Source: Lingula anatina
Taxonomy: Eukaryota > Animalia > Brachiopoda
Direction: 5' to 3'
Assembly (NCBI GenBank): GCA_051362555.1
Contig: CM120640.1
Span: 43,626,788 to 43,690,787 of the forward strand
Length of the DNA stretch: 64,000 nucleotides
Below, piece after piece: positions 50,693-61,369 of this stretch. Every line of letters begins with the position of its first letter. Within the stretch, counting starts at the first letter, position 1. The position numbers and the translations under genes were made by a program. The notes below the pieces were generated by a model. It was not told where the DNA came from, made no database searches, and was given only the letters and a program-made list of their open reading frames with translations.

Positions 50693-51399
50693 TAAGTTAC
50701 CCACTGACTATTCTGACTAACCCAAATCTGTACCAATCATATGGCCACCATTCCTGTCACATCGAAGTGGGTGTGTAAGAATCAGGGAAGGGCGAAGGAT
50801 TATAAAGTAAGAAGATTAATAAAATGGAAATCACCCGAGGTAGCCTAATAATGAAACTGTTGGCTCTGCACGACATCATACAACCCTAGAAAATGTGCGA
50901 GAAACAGCGTAAGGTGTCGTTAACCTTTCAGCAATGTGTGGAATTTTATGTAGTCCTAGAAAACAATAAGAGAGTAACACGCAGAACAAAATTAACACCT
51001 ACTGTTGTTCAAAACAGCCAGAAGAACATCCATGGATGAGTTCTGTCAGCTTATTTTCGTTGCCACCCCACATTCGCTAGTCTGCCACACTGCCTCCCAA
51101 TCCCGCTAATTCTCGGAAGACTTTAGAGGAACTAGGATGATTCCCATTCCCAATTTAAAAAAATTAAATGCGATACGTTGGTTACAGGTCACAGTATTGG
51201 TCAGTTTATCCTGGATTATCATGATGTAGTGCACGTCTCTAAGGAACACTATGAGCTACATGTATATGGTATTTCAAGGGGCAGATGTTTCCACGGTTTC
51301 TTGACACCTCTCAGAATGTTTTTTTTTTTTTCAAACATAAAAATCCAAATATAACCCACAATTTTTCACGTACATATATATGGCTCCAATACCAACCCA

Positions 51400-51620
51400 A
51401 TACCAACTACCACATCTGTGGGACTGGGCCCTGGGAGACATCCCGCGCAGACTGTCACCACGTGACACCGTTACAACTCAAAATTGCTTTGCCTGAAGAA
51501 GACCTTGTGGTAAGGTCGAAACGTTGTGATATTCATTTCAACGTAAGAATACATTAGGGTGAAGTAAATTTTTCACTTATCATGTAATTTTACTTTTTCA
51601 CTTATCATGTTATTTACCCA
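51400..51620 (+). mobile_element. Penelope-like terminal-repeat remnant (decayed paralog at ~45304-45410)
   Basis: Carries the TTGCCTGAAGAAG...CGAAACGTTG motif characteristic of Penelope terminal repeats; duplicated at 45304. Confidence 0.6.
51489..51529 (+). ncRNA. Minimal type I hammerhead ribozyme motif
   Basis: CUGAAGA core, perfect 6-bp stem II GACCUU/AAGGUC, GAAA, palindromic ACGU in place of stem III, and a wobble-containing stem I UUGC/GUGA. Confidence 0.65.
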
Positions 51621-53015
51621 AAATGTAACAGCTTACAAATTACAAGAACATCGAATATTCCGTCCGACGTAAGCAATTTTGTAAATCACTACATCTTTTG
51701 ATTTTGAATATGTGATGAAAAGGTTAGACAACTTGTGTTTTCATAAGATACAGTCATTATGATTGTAAAGATAAACGATATGCCAACAAAATTGGCACTT
51801 TTGTTGAATGAATTCGCATTTCGTTGTTTTGATTCATAACAGTTTTTGCAAAATTAAACCCATAAAATGTGAATACAAGGGTGATAATTGAGCATTTATT
51901 CAGTTTATATGTACAAGGAATACAAGTAGTATCACGGTGATAATTCCGAATGATTAGTTGCCAAGGAGTAACAACAGTCTGACTGAACAACATACACACA
52001 TTTAAGATGAAAAGTTACACCTGCTAACAGGAGCCTAAGCTTAGTTTACATACTCATTCAACTTTTTCATGAGATTTTCTTTATTTCCCTTAATTTATGT
52101 GTGCCTTTCTGTTTTTATCATAAAAGGGTCCAAACACAAACACACAAATTAATAAAGGAAATACCAACAATAATGACACAAATTAAATATGGATAAGTGT
52201 ATGAATTGATGGATAAATAAAATTATAAATTAATAAAAATGACACATAAGACAGTTTTATTACAGAAATTCAAAAACTTTCCCATTCATGACCAAACATA
52301 TCACAAATATACAAAAAAGGATGTCTAGAAGCACCAATGCTGGCATACAACATCTACATGTATATATAATATTTTTCAATAAAGACACATTAACAAAATA
52401 AACCTCTTCTATTTTCCTCAGTGCAAGAAGAATGCCTGGTCTTAAATATGTGCAGTTCCTCGTACTGGCAGGTGTCTTTTCAATGAATTTTTACGTTAAA
52501 TGAGTAATTCTTGCAAAAAAAGCAAACTACATAAAACTAGGCAACGTTTGCCAAAGTGCGAATATAACCTATTAATTTTAATGACATATCAAACAAAAGA
52601 AGTAATCATTGTGAAAAATTATATAGAATTCTATGATTCTCATTTTGGGAGCTTAGATGAAGGTGTTTGTTACACTGTAAAATATCTGGCCTCAAGTAGG
52701 TGGATTAATGTAATATTATCATGAATGCAGAGGCCATTTTTAGAATTCTCACTTATTTATTCTAAATTCTTCTTGCTATATCCATGTCTTATACATTACA
52801 ATACAAGTACAAAATACACGTTTCTTTCTTTTTTAATGTATTATCAACATGTCAACATTTTTGTATTACTGCAGACTTTCACCCAGTAGTTGTGGGAGAT
52901 ATTTCAAAAACTTTTAAGTAAACACGTGATTACCTTACAGTAAGTCTGATCTGTCATTGGGTATTTCTTTATTATCAGTGAAGCGTGTGATGGTTCTGTC
53001 AACGCTATGGTCCCT

Positions 53016-54083
53016 CTATCCGTTGTGGGGATGTCGGCATTTGTTGGACAACAGTTTGCTGAAGGAGGTTCTAAACTTTCCAGACGACCAAAAGTAAATA
53101 ATTGGATTCATCGCGGAATGAAAATACATCAGTGCCGTCGCAAAAGGATAAAGATATCCTGTGTTGGTAGTAAAACCGAGAAAAAAAGAAGGGATGTAAT
53201 TTATAAAGAACATCGTTGTCAGAATCAGTGCTGTTTTTAAAGTCAAAATGTCCGCTTTTTGTATTGCAGCTGACGCCGTAAGGACAGTGGTCGTGTTATG
53301 GGCTGCCCCAGCAACGCCTTGGTTAGTCTCACTGTTGTTCGTGTCAGTTGGCGCTATAACGATAGATCTACGGGAGCGCAGAGAGCAAAATATCACTGTG
53401 TAGAATGTAATGCTGACCAAAAAACTCATGACTGCAGCAATAAAGACTAAAAGAAAAGTTTTCCCATTTTCAGTCTTTTTAAGTTCCTTGTGGAATAGAA
53501 GGTAAAAGGTGTAAATGGTGCCACTCTTCTTCAAAAGGTATGCCGTATGACAGGGAAACATCACGTAGTGGTTATTTAAAACCAGGCCGGTCGCAACAGA
53601 ACTCACGATCGTTTGAATAAAGATGGCTAGATAAACAATCCACGCTCTTAATCGCTTGAAAGGCTTGACGACACTTTGGAGCCTTATTGAAGCTATCACA
53701 ACCATCGATAACAGCGAATACATAACGGAGAAAGCTGCCGCACCACCTTTTATCTTGCACCATGCCATGTGCGTTGGACCCGTAGACATCGTTTCACCAA
53801 GGTGGATCGGAGCCGCAATAAGCGCGATGAGACAGTCAGCAAGCGACAAGGCCACCACGTAACAGTTGAATATAGTTCTCAGTGTTTTGTCTTTGTAGAT
53901 GCAGATGATGACAACAATGTGTCCTACAGCGGAAAGGATGATGATTATCAATAGCATCACCGTGACGAAATGCAGTAAACGCAGAACAGTATCTGACGGA
54001 GCGACAAACTCATTGAATTCTGTGAAGTTGTCAGAGCTCATATTTGGCCAGGCAGGCAATGCTGTTTCCGTGCTGTTGTACAT
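53016..54083 (-). CDS. Intronless orphan rhodopsin-like (class A) GPCR, 355 aa
   Basis: N-glycosylation sites in the N-terminus, seven hydrophobic segments, GH at the TM1 GN position, LSLAD, WC before TM3, SIRL at the DRY position, YIP in TM6, NPIIY in TM7 and an FR helix 8. Confidence 0.92.
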   Translation of the reverse strand: MYNSTETALPAWPNMSSDNFTEFNEFVAPSDTVLRLLHFVTVMLLIIIILSAVGHIVVIICIYKDKTLRTIFNCYVVALSLADCLIALIAAPIHLGETMSTGPTHMAWCKIKGGAAAFSVMYSLLSMVVIASIRLQSVVKPFKRLRAWIVYLAIFIQTIVSSVATGLVLNNHYVMFPCHTAYLLKKSGTIYTFYLLFHKELKKTENGKTFLLVFIAAVMSFLVSITFYTVIFCSLRSRRSIVIAPTDTNNSETNQGVAGAAHNTTTVLTASAAIQKADILTLKTALILTTMFFINYIPSFFLGFTTNTGYLYPFATALMYFHSAMNPIIYFWSSGKFRTSFSKLLSNKCRHPHNG

Positions 54084-54179
54084 TATAAGATTTATATGAT
54101 TTTTTCAGTTGATCCTGGAGTTTCTGACTTGTGCTTTCAGTAAATACCAAATGCCAATTTGGTCTAACTTTAGAGGCCT

Positions 54180-54390
54180 CCCATTTTATATATGCGGGTT
54201 TGAGCAATTAACCTTAAGCGGACTTAACGTTTTTCCGCCAATCAACGGTCTTGAAAAGATAGCGTTTTGACCAATGATAACGCTGTTTTTTTCAATTCAG
54301 ATATTGTCAATAGGAGCACATGCAATGTGTCAGTTCATTGGAAACCGTTTAATGCATTGGTTGCGGATGATAATTTAGGGGCGGTGCATT
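54180..54390 (-). promoter_or_regulatory. TATA/CCAAT/GC-box promoter of the GPCR
   Basis: Minus-strand TATATAAAA at ~54184-54192, four CCAAT/ATTGG boxes (~54238, 54271, 54337, 54357) and GGGGCGG at ~54378. Confidence 0.55.
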
Positions 54391-57300
54391 CATTGATAAA
54401 TATTAAACTACATAAATGAATTACGATGAATATTATTAAAGTTTAAATGGATATCAAATAAGAGATAAAAAAAGTAAATATATTCTTCTGAGGCCGTGGA
54501 GTTCGTAAAGGTAGGAAAGGTTCGTAGAGGAAAGGTTTCAATGAAAAGGTGCAAGTCTGCCTTGCGCGTCGCAGGGGCCACGTGAGTTTGTTTTGCTTCC
54601 TGCACACTGGCACGCACTCACCACTTACCAAGAGAATGCAACGCACGGCGAAAGTAATTCGATTTTGCGTCACTTCTGCTTCACACTTGCATCACACGCT
54701 TGTGATGACGTACTGACGGCGTACGTCAGTTTTTGCCTCCTCCTCTCCCCTTCTTTCTTTTCCTCTTTCCTTCTTTTCTGCTCTCTAAGCTTCTTCCTCT
54801 TGCCTTTGGAGGCATATTAGAAGCTGAATTGAGCAAAATTTGAAAATTTTGAAAATTGTTGTATACATTGCACAATCGACGTTCATTGTCGAGACACGAG
54901 CGTGCGTCGCGGGCACGCCTTTTATACTCCAGGCGTGGGGGTGACGCACGTGCGACGTATTCCAGGTGTACTTTCGACTTTGTTCGTTAGTTGTGAGGGC
55001 GTGTGCCGTACTCAACACTCAAAGGGCACTTGCTCCTTCATTGCTTGCGACGTGCGTCTTGCACAACGCGCGTCTCTCTTGCACTTGCTCCTTCATTGTT
55101 TACGACGTGCGTCTTGGTCCACTTGCGAACTCCTTGCGAGGGGAGCAAGTAAAGCTTGCGGCCTCGCTGTTCGCAGATTATTCGTAGAATCTTTTGGACA
55201 TGTCCAATATCCTACGTATGTGCTTACGGGTTGTCTGCGGACTCGAAATTTCGTAAGAAGGACTTGCATGGGACGTGAGATTCTGCGCAAATTTTACACG
55301 CAAACAGCCTGTAAGAGCCCGTAAGGTCGGTTGTGACCGAGGCTTAAAATAAAATGAATGGTTATAATTTACATCTTGCGAAAAAGCCCAAATATGATGT
55401 CTCCATTTAAGGGTACTGTAAGGGTCCAAATCATCCAGATACCGAAAATGTTTTTTCTTGTATCATATTATTCAATAATGCATGTACCTTTGCGCTGATC
55501 AAAAACAATAAATATCGGCGTTTATACTTTTGGTTGCTAAGCATAAGCACTGTGCAATTTGTGAAGAATTTTATTAAGCAATATAATACAACAATTATTA
55601 CCAAAGGCAACACTTTGATTGGGATCTAATTGACTATTGGTTAAGCAAAATGAGTTTTGATGAAGTCACTGTGGTTGAGGTCACTGTATAAGTAAAACAG
55701 TGAGACCCATGACATTTGCTGATATATTAAGACATAAATACTTAGGAACAAGTCAACAACCTACCACAAACAATGATGTGACGAAACTTTTGTACTTGAG
55801 TGCCATGATATTACGGAAAGCCACATGAAGTTGCCGAGGATATAGGAAAAATAATCTCAATCTCTGTATGTAATAAGTTATTTTACCTCGGATGGCACAC
55901 GGCGGCTAATCACTCGGAAATAACGTTACACGCCTGCTGGGTAATATCTATTTCAAAAATAACTTGGACAAATTAATATCCTTTAACCCTATGGTTGACG
56001 TATGTTTCAGGCAATAAAGTTTAAAAAAATGTATTTAAAGCAATACAACACTTGGAAGACAATACATGCCTCCGATTACTTTGCTTCGATGATGCTCTAT
56101 CAGACTTGAAATTTTACTTGGAAAAGATTAAGCTGGAGGGTAAATAAAAAATTTAAAAAGAAATAAAGCTACTGAATATTTGGTAATCACTCTGTTTTTC
56201 CACTGCAAATAAACCAATCGTGAGTTTCCGAGCATTTGCGGTGGCTCTCCCCTTTGTATTTTACACAGACTGTAAAAGAGTAAAGACATCCTGGTATCTG
56301 GAGGATCAGCGTGTATCCATACCATTTGTCTTCAAATGCAATATATCTTTTTAGTCATTAGGGGAATCGAACGAAAGTCTGATTTTCTCAAAATAAATGG
56401 GTATTTCGACCAAGAGTGAGGGTCTCGCCAATTGATTACTTTGCGGCATTTTCTCATTTTCATACAGTCAAAAGATTTGTACTACACTTTGTAAAAAATA
56501 ACATTACATGTTTATTGGGGAATCACCGAAAAGAAGAAATATGTATAGTAAAATTCGACTTGACCCAAACATTCACTATTATCGTACGTTTACATTGATA
56601 TCCACTTCGGATGTTTGAAACGATGATAACAAGTGACAAATTTACTTCAATTTGGACTTTTTCTATTTATTTATTTATTTATTTATTTATTTTGTAGTTA
56701 AAAGGAAAATAGAAGAAAATGTGAGTCATACCGCTCATGGGGGTAGGCCAAAGTACAACACAGTTCTGTCTCTACCCCCTGCCGAACATTAACAAACTGA
56801 TTTGACATCAATTCTTTTACAAAGCGAGTTGCTGATAAAAAGATAATATAATTGGCATCATTTTACACGACTGTTGGCAAAGATAATAATTGCACTTGTG
56901 GGAAATTGTTAGATACTTAATTTTGGTGAGGATAATTTTTTTCTTTTTTCTTTTTTTTTTTTTTTTTTTTTTGTGGAAGAGCCGTCCCTTATTCTTAGAA
57001 ACATATTTCAACATTGAATAAATTTCAGGTGGGCTCTGTGATTCACGAACTGGTTCATATCGTAGGTCTTCACCATGAGCACTCACGGAAAGAGCGAAAT
57101 AAGCTAGTACATTATAGTCAATTTCAAAAACGTTAGGGAGAACGCAATGCTCAATTTCATGATGACGGAGGCAGTTGAGACGTTAGAGTATGATGTTGGT
57201 TCTGTTATGCATTACGGCATTTACATGTATGTATTTAGATGCATTTAGATTACCAAATGCAGGTTTATCATGCACTTAGACAGTCGTAGAAGTATTTACA

Positions 57301-57599
57301 TTTATATAATGATGAAAAAATATTGACACCGGTGTGTGCTGATCCTTCCCCTCTAAATAACTCAAGACATCTACATGGCCGTTATAATGATAATCATGGA
57401 CCAAATATTGTTACAGCTGTTGAATTTTTAAATATCGAATTATTTAAAAGGTATTGAAATTCCAAAGGATTATTTCTATTTAGATGTGAATTAATCACCT
57501 AAGCTATCTAATTTCAAAGGACTTCAGTCAAAACTGTAAACCAACAATTGAAATCAGAAATCAAGCGTTATCGTTTTTGGCGATATATTTACCGGTAAT

Positions 57600-60031
57600 T
57601 TAGACGCTAGTTTTGCTTCCTTCTTTTGAGTGTCTCAGGACAGTGCCAACATCGATTATCGTATGAAAAAAATGGGGACTTCCTGCAATCTTTGAAAGGC
57701 AACACTGATTTTTCTGTAAATGCCCAAACGGCCTGTTTGTTAATGTATCTCTGGTTACCGGTCCCTCCAAAAGGTCCTAAATCAGCTCGTCCAATAGTTT
57801 CCCGGACTTCTTACAGCTCAGTATAGAGCATTCCAACAGTGCCCAATGGGATGCAACTCAGGATCGAGGATAAACAGGCCAGTCCAGTGCTCGACTGCGA
57901 ACTCCAGAAGATGGTTGTGATGGCCTGTCATGATAAGGTGGTGTATGGCCATGTTGGAACAGAGAGTTACGGCCATATAAGGCTATTTCATGTAGAACAA
58001 TTTGTTTACTCATGATTTCCTTTAGAACCAGGTTTGTTTGGCACCATACGTGAAGTGAACAGTCACTCGGAAATAGGCTAAATGGCTGTCTTCATCAGCA
58101 ACAGTTACCATCAGTCTTCAGCAAGCACGAACATGACAATGTGCACATTTATTTATTTATCATTCATTTATTTATCATTTTACCATTGGTCATTTAAATA
58201 TGACTTTAAAAGGGTATAGAGAAGTCATAAAAAATTACATTTCTTTGAAAATATAGATATCTGATGATGTACTTTCGTTGTTTTGGTCCTTTTTCGAGAT
58301 TCACCTTGATATATTTACTGTACATTACTCTGACCTCTAATGGCTTCCAAACTCTTCAAATGAAAGGTCATACATTTTTTTCATTAGAAACGATACCTGT
58401 TACAAGTTTCTAATTATCTACTTTAAATGATAAGCCTTTTAAATACCATCCCTTATGCCTTGGTGCTTTTATGCAAAGTGACCAAGATAACTTATTGAAA
58501 CCTTGGGGAATGATCACTCACATAAAAATAATAATAATATTTATTTCTTATAAAGCGCATTACATTTCAATGCACTTTACAAATAATTAAAAAAAGTCTA
58601 AAAATAACAATACTAAAATACTTTAACATTTACTGATAAAATTAATTAAAGAAAGCAGAGAAAATTTATTGATATAACTTTAAAATACTACTAAAATTAA
58701 CCCAATCTCACTCTTAATAAATGATAAACAAGAAGGTTTAAAGGAACACTAACCATAAAATTCTTTAAAAAGATGAGTTTTAAGACAGGCTTTAAAAGTA
58801 TTATAGTCACTTTCAGCTCTGATACTAAAAGGCAATTTGTTCCACAATTTTGGAGCATAAACAGTAAACGCCCGGTCTCCATAGAATTTGTTGCATTTTC
58901 TGTCTATTTCACAGTGATTGAGTATAAAATTGTTTTCAAAAGAGTTTCTTGTTAACCTGCGTGGTTCAGATGACTGAATAAGATGTGCAATATAACCAGG
59001 TGTGTTTTCTTTAAAAGCTCTAAAAATTATGCACAACACTTTGAATAAAATTCTTTGTTTGATTGGCAGCCAATGCAATTCCTTTAACACTGGAGTGATA
59101 TGATCCAAGCTCTGGTTCCTTATCTTTTTAACTAATCTGGCCGCTGAATTTTGAATCAATTGTATTTTTTTCAATTTGCTGTCACTCACCCCAAAAAGAA
59201 TACTGTTGCAATAATCTAGTTTTGATGTAATAAAAGCATGAACTAATTTTGTAGTTGTTTCTATATTTAGTAAATTCCGAATCTTCCCTATTCTCCACAG
59301 TGAAAAAGATGCCGACTTACAAACATTGTCTATATGCTTGTCAAAGATCCCAGCTGAATCAAAAAACACACCTAAATTTCTCGCACTGACAGATGCTTTC
59401 ACAGACACATTGCCAATGCGAACATTAGTGTTAGTAGCACAGTCCTTTCTATCTTTAAATTTAGATGAGAACCAGATTATTTCGTTTTAGTGTCATTTAG
59501 AGCCAGCTTATTTGAAAGCATCCACACCCGGATCTCATCAATACATTTCTCTATGTCTGACACTACAGAATAATCACACCGACTATCACAAGTTACATAA
59601 ATCTGAGTATCATCAGCAAAAATTGTGGTCTGAAGATTGTGCTTAGAAATGATCTCCTCAAGAGGCACAATATAGAGTGAAAAAAGTAGTGGGCCTAACA
59701 CCGATCCCTGCGGAACACCATATTTCAGGGTTTCAGGGGCAGAAAGAAGGGAATTAATTCCCACTTTTTGTGTTCTTCCCTTTAAGTAAGAGCTCAACCA
59801 ATCAGTCGCCATTCCTGTAATGCCAAACCTGCACTGCAAACGTTGTAGTAAAATATCATGGTCAATCGTGTCGAAAGCAGCAGAAAGATCCAAGAGGACC
59901 AAGATGACATCACAGTGATTGTTTAATGAGAGCATGATATCATTTTGAACCTTTAGCATATTGAAGTGTAAGCCCTCTGTAGGATTTAAAAAAAAAAATT
60001 ATGGGTTCTGTTTTTTTTGGGAGTCACCCTG
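57600..60031 (-). mobile_element. Highly decayed Tc1/mariner-like element interrupted by a LINE (paralog ~62860-63824)
   Basis: TA-CAGGGTGACTCCC terminus on the minus strand; remnant LFQxGHxPPYHxR resembles the FQQDNAPxH motif. The other end was not found. Confidence 0.45.
58525..59956 (-). mobile_element. 5'-truncated L2/CR1-group LINE
   Basis: LLDLSAAFDT, GVPQGSVLGPLLF, FADD, RNLGV, SKLDYCNS, HITPVLKELHWLP and FKACLKTHLF; one frameshift near 59480; (TTA)n tail; CATA on both flanks. Confidence 0.95.
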
Positions 60032-60335
60032 TAAAATGCCGTATGCGCTCGGTGCATAATTAATGCAAGTAACGGGTATAATGAGGTTGTTAGGAGGCTC
60101 GTTTTCGTTTGTTTGGCAACTGATCAAATGCCTTTAAAGTATTTTTCTTCGTGGATGATGCTCATCTCTCGTCGCTTTCGGTGTCATCAAGACGAAAAAC
60201 AAAAGGTCAGCCAAGTACTATAATTTTCGTGGGGTGATACTGCCGGCAGAAATTGCTGACATTTTATTTCAGCTCATTATATGCATACAAAATATGCTGA
60301 GAATCGCTTCACACGCTCAATAAAAAGACATCAGC

Positions 60336-60824
60336 ATGTATCGTGTCTTTACCTCAACTTTATATGTTTGTATCGTCTGGTGTACTGTGTTGCAATGTTA
60401 TATACGAAATGGTATTGCTAACCTTGGAAAAGAAGGAGTAAACCTCAAAATTAGTGCTACTGGACAACTGGTGAGTCGAGATATACATTCAATCTCTTTT
60501 TCTTCTATCCCAACATGGAAACGTAATGCACATGTACCGCCGTGCTGTAACAGTGGGTAATCGTGAACAGAACTGCCTACATGTATCTATGGTTTATGTT
60601 ATTTTCCTTCGGCTATATGTTTAACTGGGTGATAAATCGTTCAAAAGTCCTACTTTTGTTTTATTTGCTGTTAATACTACGTGTACAGTGAATACTTAAG
60701 CAGAACTTTGTTTTTTTTGCTAAGGTGGAAGTAAAAAGTAGACAAAGGAGAAGACTCGCAGGACTTGGAGACAAGTGGCCTAATGCTACTATACCATGGG
60801 TGTTTGTTAACTCTTCGGAAGGGA
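60336..60824 (+). CDS. Astacin-like metalloprotease, exons 1-2 only (probably a truncated duplicate)
   Basis: Exon 60336-60470 is signal-peptide-like and ends CTG/GTGAGT. The exon from 60725 reads VEVKSRQRRRLAGLGDKWPNATIPWVF (basic cleavage site plus the WPxxxIP(Y/W) astacin start). No HExxH exon was found in the window. Confidence 0.6.
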
Positions 60825-61369
60825 GTATAACATCTTTAAGTAACTATAATGCTCTAATGATCTTCATTCTTAAATTTTTCATTTTTTTTTCCATTTACTC
60901 CTTTGCTCTCTGCTTTTTCCTTCTCTGTGTAGTCAAGAGGGTAAGCATGAAAAAAGTTAAGATCATAATCTGTATCTGTATCTGTCCATATACGTCTAAA
61001 GAAACCACTACTGGTGTATGATAATGTTATTAATTTTATCAGTTGGTTTATGCAGTCGAAGGTTTCAATTGCTTAAGATTGTAAATCAACAGCAGATAAC
61101 CAATTGAGTAAAAAATGTTCATTTTTTCACAATGTTCACAAAATATGGGTCTACCGCCCTAAAACAATGCTTGGGGAATTTGATTTTTCATTAAATGGCA
61201 TGTATTGGCCTGTTTTTCACCCTAAAAATTGATTTTTACCTGCTGTAGAAACACTACGTCTGCATATAATTATATTTCTTAATTTTTTCCTTTCTTGTTT
61301 AAACATAGAAATTGACAAAAAATCGTGCGCTTTTAGAGCGACTTTGTTTATATATTAGGATATACGAAC

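Larger units (their letters stand above)
55736..60210. repeat. Tandem segmental duplication, copy 1 (copy 2 ~61370-64000+)
   Basis: Colinear blocks: 55747/61381, 56720/61780, 57600/62855, 58100/63350 and 60040/63830. Confidence 0.92.
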
